Shown here: piece by piece, positions 8,763 through 19,016 of the stretch | Numbering within the stretch: the first letter of the stretch is position 1 | Layout of the letters: the number at the start of each line of letters is the position of its first letter | Assembly (NCBI GenBank): GCA_964385105.1 | Contig: CAYLMU010000002.1 | Location: 250,583-314,582 of the forward strand | Reading direction: 5' to 3' | DNA: 64,000 nucleotides | From: an uncultured Candidatus Saccharibacteria bacterium | Lineage (GTDB): Bacteria; Patescibacteriota; WWE3; UBA101185; UBA10185 | The notes under the pieces: generated by a model | Seen by the model: the letters and a program-made list of their open reading frames with translations, nothing else | Databases searched by the model: none | What the model was told of the DNA's origin: nothing | Program-made: the position numbers and the translations under genes

Positions 8763-10031
8763 TTATTCCCTAATTACAACCTCAGCCACGCCATTCTCTT
8801 CTAACACATCAATCTCCTTATATTCAGGCAACACTGCGCTTCTAAACCACAATTTTTCGTTATTTATAGTGTATAAAACATGAGGAAGCTCATTATCAAG
8901 CTCTGTAAAAGTTTGTGATGCAATATTATATGTGTAAAACCTGGAATCCCCTAAATATAGATAAAGTGATGAATCGGTTTTTTCAACAATCCTCGGGGAC
9001 GTCTCTATTTCAAACGTTTGTAACTCAGCCAGTCTTTTTCCAAATAAGTCATAAACAACATAAGAATAAATATTTTCCAAACGACCGGGATTTTCTTCAT
9101 CAAACCTGATTCTATTGTTATATCCAAGCAAAGATTCGTTATTTATAAAAGCAGTTGCAAATTCACCTCCGGCAGCATATCCATTTTCAAAAGTTGAGAC
9201 TTTTCTTCCCGATTCAATGTCTAAAATAAATTGTGTGCTACCCTCAAGACATCCTTTAGTAATTAATAAAAGTTTTGAGTTTGGGCTTATATCGTCAACG
9301 TAATGGCTTGCACATAAATCATTATATCTAACCAAAAAAAAGTCTTTTATTTCTTGGCTTTCAAGTGTATAAACTCTTATACCATTTGAAGTAATTATTA
9401 ACTGCTTGTCATCAGGAGTAAACGATAAATCACGGAGTTGCATTTCAGTATTAACATTACTTATTCGATAAGCAAGTTTTGTTTCATCTGTTACAAAATC
9501 TTTAATGTAAACAGCATTTCCCCGCTTATTAACAAATAATTCATCTATGCCGGGCATAAAATCACTTTCAAGAATTGAATATGCAATTTTTGTTTTATCA
9601 TTACTTATTGCAAAATACAAAATATCCTCATCTGCCGACAATATAGTTGATATTTTACCGTCATCAACATTTAACATATATATATCGCCATTTTTAATGT
9701 AATAAAAAACTTTGTCTTTATTTAGCATTAACAAAGCTCTGGCATAAGCAGCACAAAATTTGTTCTCACAGGATTTATCAAATTTTTCTATAGGTAAGTC
9801 AACCTTTGCATTTTTTTCTACTGAATATGATGTTATTGGTGCAGCAGCAGTAATTTCAGAAGTATTAATTTCTTTGTTGCTGACATATCTTGAGTAAGCC
9901 ATTGAGATTAAAACTCCGGCTATTACTGCAATTAATAATGTTACACGGGCAATTCCTCGGTTAGTCACTGTTTTATTGTAACGGTAGTGCGTGGTTTTTA
10001 AAAGGTTTTTAAATGAATTCTGCCACAACAA
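8763..10031 (-). CDS. membrane-anchored beta-propeller (TolB/WD40-like) protein
   Basis: N-terminal TM anchor; repeated beta-strand-rich ~40-aa units with YxxxxDG-like turns; last gene of sortase operon. Confidence 0.4.
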   Translation of the reverse strand: MLWQNSFKNLLKTTHYRYNKTVTNRGIARVTLLIAVIAGVLISMAYSRYVSNKEINTSEITAAAPITSYSVEKNAKVDLPIEKFDKSCENKFCAAYARALLMLNKDKVFYYIKNGDIYMLNVDDGKISTILSADEDILYFAISNDKTKIAYSILESDFMPGIDELFVNKRGNAVYIKDFVTDETKLAYRISNVNTEMQLRDLSFTPDDKQLIITSNGIRVYTLESQEIKDFFLVRYNDLCASHYVDDISPNSKLLLITKGCLEGSTQFILDIESGRKVSTFENGYAAGGEFATAFINNESLLGYNNRIRFDEENPGRLENIYSYVVYDLFGKRLAELQTFEIETSPRIVEKTDSSLYLYLGDSRFYTYNIASQTFTELDNELPHVLYTINNEKLWFRSAVLPEYKEIDVLEENGVAEVVIRE

Positions 10032-10545
10032 CCAAACGCTTAGAGTCCATAAAACCGGTGCAAGTGTATAAAGTCAAAATCTTTCCCTCTCTGTCATTTA
10101 AAATGTGCGTCTGGTCGGGGGTTACAACAAATTTATCTTTTATAATAAATTTTCGTATATCTCCGTTAGAAAGCTTAATTGATATTTCATCCCCATTTTT
10201 AATATCATTCAAATTTTTAAGTAAATTTGGCCAATTGTGTCCATAAAAAACACTATTTCCTTCATCACCTGGCAAAACGGTGTCTTTTAAATAGGCTATA
10301 CCATCAGATGTAACCTCCCACTCATGGTTTGTAATCGATGTCTGAATTACCGGTAGACTGACATTTATAGCAGGAATTTCAATGGATACAGGCATAATTT
10401 CACTTGAAACCGTTGTGCCGGTATTAAAATTATAGTAAGAAAATTTTATTTGTCTGTTACGCTGATTAATTAAGTAAAGTGTATATGAAAAACTCAACAG
10501 TGAAGTCACACTCAAAATCACTGTTAAGATTCTTATCTTGTTCAT
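10009..10545 (-). CDS. sortase family transpeptidase (class E-like)
   Basis: N-terminal TM anchor, conserved His region (FYGHNWPNL), TLxTC catalytic motif (LTLYTCTG), downstream conserved Arg. Confidence 0.7.
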   Translation of the reverse strand: MNKIRILTVILSVTSLLSFSYTLYLINQRNRQIKFSYYNFNTGTTVSSEIMPVSIEIPAINVSLPVIQTSITNHEWEVTSDGIAYLKDTVLPGDEGNSVFYGHNWPNLLKNLNDIKNGDEISIKLSNGDIRKFIIKDKFVVTPDQTHILNDREGKILTLYTCTGFMDSKRLVVVAEFI

Positions 10546-11168
10546 TTTCGGCTTTTTAGTTTTAGAATTGCAGCTGAAAGCCCTGATACCATAGCAATAG
10601 CCCCTGATGCATATATTAAAGCTGCATCACCTGTTGAAGCTAAGCCTAAAGTGCCACCTCTAACAGTAGATATAGCTCTTGCTAAAATTTCACCATCATC
10701 GTCGTCATCATCTTTTTTAGTGCTTGTACCTCCGGTACCACCTGTTTCACAACTTAAAGTTAAGTTAAACGCCATAAACGGGTCTCGGCTTAAACCCCAT
10801 ACCGAACCGTCGGGAATGTAAATCCATCCCTGGTCTGTTAAATATTCAATTGCATCAATACTTAAACTTGAAACTTTCCACCAGTTAGTCTGAATTCCTC
10901 TTCCATTAGGTGCACAAAAACATTGAACAACTGTTGTGTCAGATAAGGTGTAAACTGTATCTCTTCCTGTGTAAACCCGTGTGTCACCGGGAATTCCATG
11001 AGTACCTTCGCTATAGCTTACTTTTATTGTTCCTTGTGGATTATTACATGTAGGAAATGTGGGTATTACAAAATCATCATTAACTGATTGTGCAAATGAA
11101 GTATTTTGTGACAATAAAGCACAAATTACTATAAAAAGTATTAGATTAATATATTTCCTGCTTTTCAT
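10542..11168 (-). CDS. sortase-anchored surface protein with LAxTG-type sorting signal (LASTG)
   Basis: Signal peptide (MKSRKYINLILFIVICALLSQNTSFAQS); poly-Asp linker; C-terminal LASTG + hydrophobic segment + KSRK tail. Confidence 0.65.
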   Translation of the reverse strand: MKSRKYINLILFIVICALLSQNTSFAQSVNDDFVIPTFPTCNNPQGTIKVSYSEGTHGIPGDTRVYTGRDTVYTLSDTTVVQCFCAPNGRGIQTNWWKVSSLSIDAIEYLTDQGWIYIPDGSVWGLSRDPFMAFNLTLSCETGGTGGTSTKKDDDDDDGEILARAISTVRGGTLGLASTGDAALIYASGAIAMVSGLSAAILKLKSRK

Positions 11169-11233
11169 AAATACTGTTCGGGCAGGAATTTAATGGCTGG
11201 ATTGTATCATACTATAATACAAATTACAACAAT

Positions 11234-12499
11234 TTAATTAATAATCTCAAAAAATAATTTTTGTACTTTAAACAGCACATTTTCATTCTTTTTATTCAAA
11301 ACTACTTTGTACGATTTTTCATCATCACTAAGTAAATACACTTTTCCATAGTATCCGGGTGCTTCAATGTATGCTGATTGGTTATCGTTAAAAATCGGTA
11401 TACGCACTGTATTTGTGCCATTTACATAATTTTTATCAAGTGTTCTAACTGTAACGTCTTTTATTGGATGGTTTATTTTATTGTATGCGGCTAATTCTAC
11501 AAATTCAGGACTGTAGTAATTTTTAATTACTTCAACTGCGGGTTTTGGCGTACCGTCATCATTCCAGATTTTTGTTGAACCACCGTAACTTACCCAATAA
11601 TTCATTCCAACAAATTTTGGGTTTTCTACAAGAAGAGAAATCGCTTCATTGAGCCACTCAGCCTGCTCCTCGTCAGTCATACGCCCATGAATATCAGGTA
11701 CAGGCGCTCCAAATTCACCTAACACAACTTCTCCACCACTTCTTTCACCAATTTTTATAATATCATCGGCCAGTTTTTGAGGGCTTTCAACATAATGGTC
11801 AACTACTACAATTCCCCCCAAAGCTGTAGTAGTTTGCTTATTCATAATTAACTGAGCAACATCCCCATTCATTGAGAAGTAGTTTGATTTAACATCAACA
11901 CCTATTGAGTCAAATGCTTGAGAAGTTACCGCATACTCATCTATTAAGAATTCACGGTAATCTTCAACATCTCCTGTAAATCTTGGGTCACCGGGGCCGC
12001 CGTTTTCACACTCTGGGCATGATGAAAAAATATCGCCATCTCTAAATAAATGTTTATTTTGTAAAATAAATTCTTTTGTTTTGCTTAAATGTTCTTCACG
12101 GGTAATTGGGCTATAATCAAACCATTCTTCCCACCCTGCAAAATTTCCTCTAAACCAAACATTTAGTCCATGCTTTCTTGCACTGTTAACCCATTTTTCC
12201 AAAAAAGGAATAAATTCCTCATCATAAGGCGTTCCTACTGCAACGTGTGTTGCACCGGTTTGAGCAATATTTTTTACATGTTCATCAATTATTAAATCAA
12301 ATTCACTGTTTGATTTTTTTTCACGCGCTAAATCTCGCGAATATTTCATTGTGTCGATTGACTGAATCTCCCAGATTCTGTTAGTAACTTTTTCTGAATT
12401 TACAATATTTTTATGCAAAACCATTAAATTAAGGCTATATAACAAAACTAATAAAAGTAATATAAAAATGGTGTAGCGTAGATTTCTGAATACTTTCAC
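11234..12499 (-). CDS. membrane-anchored putative glycoside hydrolase (TIM-barrel, GH5/GH113-like)
   Basis: N-terminal TM; alternating beta/alpha pattern with conserved acidic residues (NVWFRGNFAGWEEW, VVLGEFGAP); first/last gene of glycosylation operon. Confidence 0.35.
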   Translation of the reverse strand: MKVFRNLRYTIFILLLLVLLYSLNLMVLHKNIVNSEKVTNRIWEIQSIDTMKYSRDLAREKKSNSEFDLIIDEHVKNIAQTGATHVAVGTPYDEEFIPFLEKWVNSARKHGLNVWFRGNFAGWEEWFDYSPITREEHLSKTKEFILQNKHLFRDGDIFSSCPECENGGPGDPRFTGDVEDYREFLIDEYAVTSQAFDSIGVDVKSNYFSMNGDVAQLIMNKQTTTALGGIVVVDHYVESPQKLADDIIKIGERSGGEVVLGEFGAPVPDIHGRMTDEEQAEWLNEAISLLVENPKFVGMNYWVSYGGSTKIWNDDGTPKPAVEVIKNYYSPEFVELAAYNKINHPIKDVTVRTLDKNYVNGTNTVRIPIFNDNQSAYIEAPGYYGKVYLLSDDEKSYKVVLNKKNENVLFKVQKLFFEIIN

Positions 12500-12508
12500 T
12501 TTTCCCTC

Positions 12509-14113
12509 CTACTTTTGCTTGCCTAAACTTGGGGTAGTGTTTAGCTGACCTATATATTCAGGCTTTAATTCGTAAATATCTGCAAATGGAAACTTCCCGA
12601 CCAGGTTGTATTTATCAATAGCACCGGATTCTTTAACACCTTTAAATGTTAAATCGTTATCATCGTGAGTTCGCATAATTATCCATCTTGCCCACCTGTC
12701 AGGTAGGGCAATTGCGCTTTCCCAATAAAGGCCTGTACCTTCATGAATAAACTTTTTCATAGGCATTCCCGACGAAAAGATTATGGCGTCATGAGATGCA
12801 GCTGAAATCAAAACAAAACCTTCTTTGTCGGCTGCATTTTCTCTAAGCCATCCGCTAACTTCAGTCACATTTTTTTGACTTGAACCTACTCTTGCATCAT
12901 CAATTGTCACAGCATCATAATTTCCAAAACCGAAAAATATAATTATAAAGATTAACCCTGCCACAACAGCTTTGAGATTTTTCATTTCATACAGCAAAAA
13001 TGTAACAAAAATGGCTATTGAGGGAGCTAACATTATTCCATAACGCACGTTAAACCAGGAAGTTCCAGATATGCCTTGAATAAAAAGTACTGAATGTCCA
13101 AGATAAAGGGCAATCACGTTAAATAAAAGTGGAGCAACCAGTGTCATAAGTGTTACTTTAATGCTTAAATTTATTCTTTTGCTAAACCAAACAGCAATTA
13201 CACCAAAAAATCCTAAAATAGCAGGAATTGTATAAGAATTGTAAAACAAAGCATATAAATACATTTTTGTGGAAAGTATTAAGTTTCCTTTTGTTGGTAA
13301 GTCCCCGGCTGCTTCAAGTTGGGTTTGCTGTGAATGAGCTGAAAACGGCCCAAATGCAAAATATAACGGGTCTTTAAAAATTAATAGATTCCAAACAAGC
13401 CATAAAAATATCCCTAAACCACCCATAGACATATATAACACTGCAGTTCCTTCAATTGCTTTAAAACCTTTTTTTCTGTATGTTTCAAAAACCACAATTA
13501 AAGTTGCAAAAAATAGCAGAAACCATCCATCATATCTTATTAAAGTCGCTAACATTATAAAAAACGAAGAACCTATTAAGTGAATCAGCCTATCGTCTTT
13601 TGTCCATAACAACAAATAAAACGCACCTGCGGTCATTGTTGCTAAAAGTAAAAGTTCAGTCATGGCGGTTGACTGCAAATATAAAACATTTAAATTTGCG
13701 GCAAACAAAAATACACCAAAAATCCTGTAATAAAACGGTATAGAAAGTTCTTTTAAAAACAAATATACTAAGACACCGGTTATAACAAAAGATGCCATCG
13801 ACTGAATTGCACCTGCTAATCCGGAATGCCACATAAAATCAGTCCAAATTGTTGGAATCATTAAAACGTGAGGCAAAGGAAGCCACACCGAACCGATTTG
13901 AGCTATTCCGGGCTTTAGACCTTCTACTACACGTCTTCCGATGTTTAAGTGAGACCTTGCATCGTTATATGCTAATCCAAGCCCATTGTCATAAAATCCA
14001 AGCCAGGCAACTATTGACGTACTCAGTAAGACTAAAACTATTAAAAACACTGCATTCTTTTCAAGATACTCGGTAATTATATTTATTTTCTTATAAGATA
14101 TAGAAATGTTCAT
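12509..14113 (-). CDS. GT-C fold glycosyltransferase (family 39/ArnT/PMT-like), polytopic membrane protein
   Basis: ~12 TM segments, N-terminal loop with conserved acidic/aromatic residues (AYNDARSHLNIGRR) typical of ArnT/PMT family. Confidence 0.5.
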   Translation of the reverse strand: MNISISYKKINIITEYLEKNAVFLIVLVLLSTSIVAWLGFYDNGLGLAYNDARSHLNIGRRVVEGLKPGIAQIGSVWLPLPHVLMIPTIWTDFMWHSGLAGAIQSMASFVITGVLVYLFLKELSIPFYYRIFGVFLFAANLNVLYLQSTAMTELLLLATMTAGAFYLLLWTKDDRLIHLIGSSFFIMLATLIRYDGWFLLFFATLIVVFETYRKKGFKAIEGTAVLYMSMGGLGIFLWLVWNLLIFKDPLYFAFGPFSAHSQQTQLEAAGDLPTKGNLILSTKMYLYALFYNSYTIPAILGFFGVIAVWFSKRINLSIKVTLMTLVAPLLFNVIALYLGHSVLFIQGISGTSWFNVRYGIMLAPSIAIFVTFLLYEMKNLKAVVAGLIFIIIFFGFGNYDAVTIDDARVGSSQKNVTEVSGWLRENAADKEGFVLISAASHDAIIFSSGMPMKKFIHEGTGLYWESAIALPDRWARWIIMRTHDDNDLTFKGVKESGAIDKYNLVGKFPFADIYELKPEYIGQLNTTPSLGKQK

Positions 14114-15702
14114 TTTATCTTCCTTTTTACATGTTCTTTACTTAAATAAGCAGAAGTCATGAGTAAAAATGAATAACCTAAAATAGCACCTGAAACACCG
14201 TAGTAATAAGTTCGGGCTTTCAAGTAGTCTGAGGCAAACTCCTTAAAAAACACTGATTTGGAATTTCCGGCCTCAATGAATTCCCAGCTTCTATCATAAG
14301 AATACCTTTCTACTCTATTTGTTAGAGCCTCAAGAGGTAAAGCCTGAACCTTGGGTGGAATAGCGTTAGTTGTCAAAGCCCCCAAAGTATTTACAAAAAC
14401 AGAATATGTAAGTAAAACAGCAAAAGCTAATACAAACACGCTGTTTTTATAATATTTCTCAATTGCAAAACCAATAAAAATGGCCATTATTGCATACATC
14501 GGTATCAAATATCTTGCACCAAATGCCCATCCGCCCCACGGGTCGCCCCACATAGAGTATAAAACAAGATTCATAATCGCTGTTCCAAACAAAAGTGAGA
14601 GATATTTATCATCTCGTTTATAAAGCACATAAATTCCAACTAAGCCCAACAACATAACCGGTGTAAATTTAATTATTCCTCTGTCTGGACTTAAAAGTAA
14701 AATGTACATACCGTTTACAATGTCACGCGGCTCAAATATTTCTAATACATATTTTTCCTGGCTTTCAGGGTTCAAATAAATATCAAGTAAGGTTTCATCT
14801 ATTTCCTCGGTTACTGCGGGTTTTCCGTCGTCACCTATAGCAGCAATACTTGGCACGGTTCCAGACAATTGAAATGGGTTTCCATAAGAATAGTAATTAA
14901 ATAACCCAAATAAAACTACCGGAGCTATAATACCTAAAAATGTTAGTAACATCGCGGGTTTGAATGATATTTCCATTTCATTTTGTAGTTTATTTGTTTT
15001 AAATAAAGTAATAAAGGAATATATTCCAACCGGTAACATTAAGAACAAATTTGGGTTATCTATTGCTACAGAAGCTGCACACAAAAACCAAACAATAAAG
15101 TAAGTGATCCATTTGTCTTTGAATCTAATTAATAAATAAATCGAGAATAATATTAAAAATGTTGAAATATGATGCTGATACAACGTTACTGCATAGGCAA
15201 ACGCCGGTGTTGCAAATAAAAATGTAAAACCTGCTAGAGTTGCAATTTTTTCGTTCAAATTAAAATACTGCAATATTTTTTTGACAAGCAAAAAGTTAAA
15301 AAACGCAAACAATGAAATTACAGCAAATGTTCCGACTTGGGAGTAACCTAATGCTTTTCCTACTATAAATCCCGGTATAACAATTACAGAGACACCCGGT
15401 GCAAATAAAGAAACATACTTATCATTCAAATAACCAAGATCCGGTGCCGTAAAACGTGCTAGTGGAATTTGAAAAAAGAAAGATTTATCTTCTATAAGTG
15501 AGTAGGTTAGCGCAAATCTGCCACGTTCCGGCGAAACCTCAAAAGGGCCGTCTCGCAACCACTCATTGCTCAACAAATCAGTTGTTGTGGGATTTCCTGT
15601 CTGACCTCTTATTGAGAGTGCCAGTACAAGGATTACAAACAATAACGATAATATTGATGCTAAGTTTGATATATTTAATAAACTTAATATTTTCTTTTTC
15701 AT
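14110..15702 (-). CDS. GT-C fold glycosyltransferase (ArnT/PMT-like), polytopic membrane protein
   Basis: Multiple TM segments; N-terminal extracytoplasmic loop; paralogous organisation to 12509-14113; start overlaps upstream stop. Confidence 0.5.
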   Translation of the reverse strand: MKKKILSLLNISNLASILSLLFVILVLALSIRGQTGNPTTTDLLSNEWLRDGPFEVSPERGRFALTYSLIEDKSFFFQIPLARFTAPDLGYLNDKYVSLFAPGVSVIVIPGFIVGKALGYSQVGTFAVISLFAFFNFLLVKKILQYFNLNEKIATLAGFTFLFATPAFAYAVTLYQHHISTFLILFSIYLLIRFKDKWITYFIVWFLCAASVAIDNPNLFLMLPVGIYSFITLFKTNKLQNEMEISFKPAMLLTFLGIIAPVVLFGLFNYYSYGNPFQLSGTVPSIAAIGDDGKPAVTEEIDETLLDIYLNPESQEKYVLEIFEPRDIVNGMYILLLSPDRGIIKFTPVMLLGLVGIYVLYKRDDKYLSLLFGTAIMNLVLYSMWGDPWGGWAFGARYLIPMYAIMAIFIGFAIEKYYKNSVFVLAFAVLLTYSVFVNTLGALTTNAIPPKVQALPLEALTNRVERYSYDRSWEFIEAGNSKSVFFKEFASDYLKARTYYYGVSGAILGYSFLLMTSAYLSKEHVKRKIK

Positions 15703-16247
15703 AATCCAAGTGAAAAATAAAAAAACTTCAATTTTTTCTTTTCACACTCTCTAAATGAGTCACCATTAGATTCCATTTTTAACTTCTCATAGGCTTGTTT
15801 GTTTTTTTTAAGAAGTTTGTATGCTCTAATATTCCTTGCGAACATTGGATTATTTGGGCTTACGAGCACAAATTGAATATCACACTTGTTTTTACTTAAT
15901 GACCACTCAATAAAATTCCTTCTACGTTTTTTCGGTAAGCCTAAAATTTTAATCAATCCGGGCAAATACTTATCAAAATCTTTTGGATTACTCACTGCAA
16001 ATAAATCAATATCTCTTTGACCTGCAATTTTAAGGGCCGCAGAGCCAAAGAAATGAATTTTTAATTTCGGGTATAGCTTATGAATCCTGCTAATGAGCTT
16101 ATTTCCTAATTCGGTTACTTTCGGGTCATAAGGCTTTATTTTTACGTATTTATCACTAGGATAAGTATACAAATACAAATATTGCTTTGGCCCTTTTAAG
16201 AACATAAGCAATTCGATATAAATTGTATTTAAAACTTTATCAGTCAT
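15699..16247 (-). CDS. GrpB-family nucleotidyltransferase-fold protein
   Basis: YDPKV...HFFGSAALKIAGQRDIDLFAV matches GrpB core (YDPxW ... GSTxVPGLxAKPxIDI); start chosen at MTDKV immediately after upstream stop instead of overlapping longer ORF. Confidence 0.45.
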   Translation of the reverse strand: MTDKVLNTIYIELLMFLKGPKQYLYLYTYPSDKYVKIKPYDPKVTELGNKLISRIHKLYPKLKIHFFGSAALKIAGQRDIDLFAVSNPKDFDKYLPGLIKILGLPKKRRRNFIEWSLSKNKCDIQFVLVSPNNPMFARNIRAYKLLKKNKQAYEKLKMESNGDSFRECEKKKLKFFYFSLGL

Positions 16248-16248
16248 G

Positions 16249-17001
16249 CTATTTGTAAAAATACACTTCTTGTTTTGAGGGCGGGATTTGTTTAAATATT
16301 GCATCAAACTGTGACTCATACATTTTCATTAAATGAAGCTTTTTGTTCCAATCTGGCAAAACCTCTTCAGATTTATAATCCGAAACTTTAGCTTGTGAGT
16401 TAACCGAATATGGAAAATCTTCCCAGAAAATGCTTTCGGTTTTCAATGTCTTAATAGCCTCATTTACAACTATATGGTCTATATGATTGCCTATTCCGAT
16501 AGGCGCAAAGATTGTATCAAATTGATAAGTATTCGTCAAAAACCCTATTCTGTCGGCTATAATTTCTATAAGCAGTTTGTCTTTTTTATGTATATTGCCT
16601 TTGATTATATGTAGTCTATAGGTCGGATAAAGTGAATTGATTTCAGGCAATATTTTACCAAGTTCGTAAAGAAAACCTGATGACTGTTTTTGTCTCCACA
16701 AAGCTTCTATAAAACCCAAATTAATAATATTACATCCCATATTTGTTAACACCTTTCGGTCTTCTTCAGTTCGAGCTTTGTATAACTCACCAGCAATTTC
16801 ATAACCACATTGCTTTAAATAAGCTTTTGCTGACAAAGTGTTATATTTATGAGGAGTTTGAGTAAAAACATTTATTATTGTAACTTTACATCCGCCTTCA
16901 ACTAATTTATTAATTAACCCTCCAGCTGAAAAAACTGCATCATCAAAATGAGGGGATACAAAGGCACAGTGACTTTTATTTTTTATTAATTCATTAAGCA
17001 T
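16249..17001 (-). CDS. PIG-L/LmbE family N-acetylglucosaminyl deacetylase
   Basis: VSPHFDDAVFSAGG and GNHIDH zinc-binding motifs. Confidence 0.75.
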   Translation of the reverse strand: MLNELIKNKSHCAFVSPHFDDAVFSAGGLINKLVEGGCKVTIINVFTQTPHKYNTLSAKAYLKQCGYEIAGELYKARTEEDRKVLTNMGCNIINLGFIEALWRQKQSSGFLYELGKILPEINSLYPTYRLHIIKGNIHKKDKLLIEIIADRIGFLTNTYQFDTIFAPIGIGNHIDHIVVNEAIKTLKTESIFWEDFPYSVNSQAKVSDYKSEEVLPDWNKKLHLMKMYESQFDAIFKQIPPSKQEVYFYK

Positions 17002-18106
17002 TTGCTAAAATTCCTTTTATAAATTTTGTGTATGACTTGGCAATTGCATCCCACGTAAACATTTGCGCGTATCTATTGCCTTCAATTTCAAGAAATTCCG
17101 CATATTTTCTGTTTTTTATAATATTAGATACTGCTTCTGAGAACCCATTTATATCAAAAGGAGATACTTTTACAGCAGTATTTTGTGGTATCCAAGATAA
17201 ACCTTCTATGTCAAAACAAACTATTGGCAACTTATGAGCCATGGCTTCGAGTGCCACCATAGAAAAGGTCTCAAAGCGTGAAGTAATTGCCATACATTGT
17301 GATTCACACAATAACTGTTCTTTTTGCTTTCCTGAAACACGTCCTATTAATTCAACATTATTTTGTAATTTATTTTTTTTGATGAGGTACTTCAGTTTTT
17401 TAATTTCATCACTATGCCCGTCACCGGCAATAATTAGTTTATATGAACTATTTCCATCTTCTACAAACTTTTTGAATGCTTTTATTAACAAGTCCAGTCC
17501 CTTTTGATTAACCTCGATTCGACCCAAATAAAGAATCTGATTTTCTTTTTTTGATTTATTTGAAACTATTTTTTCAATTCCGTTGCTTATTATTTGTATA
17601 TCACATGCAGGATTTATTGATTTGAGCTTTTTTTGCATGTATTCACTAGTGGTGACAATTATTTTATAGTGTTTTAAGCCCAATTTTTCAACTAAATGAA
17701 ATGGAAGCTTGTATTTTCTTTTCATATCTTCTGCTGCAAGCATGTGTACCACACCAACTACCGGTTTTTTAGTGACTGATGGCAAAAAAGCAGTTGTGAA
17801 AGGCGGAGAGAAGCTTTCCATCCATATGTCATATTTTTTTAATTTGCAATGAATTGGCAAAGTTAACTGAAACAGCAATAAACCAAGTCGGGGGGTTATT
17901 AACCTGTGTCCAACCCTTTGATATAAAACTCCATCAATAATCTCAACAGACACACCTGAATGGTTCCAGGTTAAAATTTTTAAATCATATTTTTCATTTA
18001 GTCGTTTAGCCAATTCATGTACAGCAATTGCTCCGCCTCCGCCATAATACGGGTTTTTTATATCATCATATGTTGAAATTAATAGTTTTTTCTTTTTTTT
18101 GTTCAT
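16994..18106 (-). CDS. glycosyltransferase family 4 (GT-B)
   Basis: N-terminal GGGGA donor-binding loop, C-terminal EGFGMV-like motif FSMVALEAMAHKLPIVCFDIEGL. Confidence 0.75.
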   Translation of the reverse strand: MNKKKKKLLISTYDDIKNPYYGGGGAIAVHELAKRLNEKYDLKILTWNHSGVSVEIIDGVLYQRVGHRLITPRLGLLLFQLTLPIHCKLKKYDIWMESFSPPFTTAFLPSVTKKPVVGVVHMLAAEDMKRKYKLPFHLVEKLGLKHYKIIVTTSEYMQKKLKSINPACDIQIISNGIEKIVSNKSKKENQILYLGRIEVNQKGLDLLIKAFKKFVEDGNSSYKLIIAGDGHSDEIKKLKYLIKKNKLQNNVELIGRVSGKQKEQLLCESQCMAITSRFETFSMVALEAMAHKLPIVCFDIEGLSWIPQNTAVKVSPFDINGFSEAVSNIIKNRKYAEFLEIEGNRYAQMFTWDAIAKSYTKFIKGILANA

Positions 18107-19014
18107 ATAATCCTAAATAGAAAGGTGATATATTGTTTTGCTTTACCTTGAATTCTGTTTGAACCAAGTGACATATCAAATAAAACACTGTAATACAAGA
18201 AAAATTTGTATTCATCACGATTTTTGGTGTCACTTAATGTTTCAGACAAAAATAAAGCCATTTCAAGTTCATAATCTTTCTCCCACATGCTATAAAACGT
18301 ATTTGCAAAGTCATGAGCTTTAATTGAAATGCAAAATAGCTGAAGGTCTATAATTGATAATTTATTGCCGCTTTTTATGATATTTGATGTATTTAAGTCT
18401 TTATGTACAAATCCATAATCTGTTGTTTTTATAACCTTAGGTGCATGCAGCATCATTTTTAAAAATGATTTCATAATTGGGGCAAACTCAAAAGGATTTT
18501 TCACTACAGCAAGTAAGGCCATAAATGGTGCAAGTAATACAAACTGCTCAACATAACGTTTTTTAAAAACTTCTAATATATAAGCATCATCTTCTTTTGC
18601 AAATTCATATAGTTTATTCAAATAGGTAAAACTCTGCTGAATTGATTTTATCTTCACTTTTATAGGAAGCTGTCTTAAAGTATCACCATTCACTCTTTCT
18701 AATAAGATAAGAAAAATATCTTTGTCTTCGTATGTTAGAAAATGTTTGGGAAATGAAACGTTTGAGTTTTTTATATTTTTGCTTAATTTTAATAAGGCTT
18801 TGTATGCCAGGTCTTCGTTTCTTAGCTCATTAAGCTTATTTTCGTTTAGCTTTTCACACATTTTTGCTATATATTCGTTACCTTCACAGTCAACATATAT
18901 TGCAAAATCATATTTACATTTAATAAGTGCCAGTTGTTCCTGAAGTTGAAAGCTTTCTTCAAGTGTCAGCGGGAAATTATTTGATATTTGTGTTGAATAG
19001 CTTACAAGACTCAT
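18103..19014 (-). CDS. protein kinase-like/aminoglycoside phosphotransferase-fold protein (putative sugar or small-molecule kinase)
   Basis: HKDLNTSNII (HxDxxxxN catalytic loop) and IDLQ (metal-binding D) motifs. Confidence 0.45.
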   Translation of the reverse strand: MSLVSYSTQISNNFPLTLEESFQLQEQLALIKCKYDFAIYVDCEGNEYIAKMCEKLNENKLNELRNEDLAYKALLKLSKNIKNSNVSFPKHFLTYEDKDIFLILLERVNGDTLRQLPIKVKIKSIQQSFTYLNKLYEFAKEDDAYILEVFKKRYVEQFVLLAPFMALLAVVKNPFEFAPIMKSFLKMMLHAPKVIKTTDYGFVHKDLNTSNIIKSGNKLSIIDLQLFCISIKAHDFANTFYSMWEKDYELEMALFLSETLSDTKNRDEYKFFLYYSVLFDMSLGSNRIQGKAKQYITFLFRII

Positions 19015-19016
19015 CT

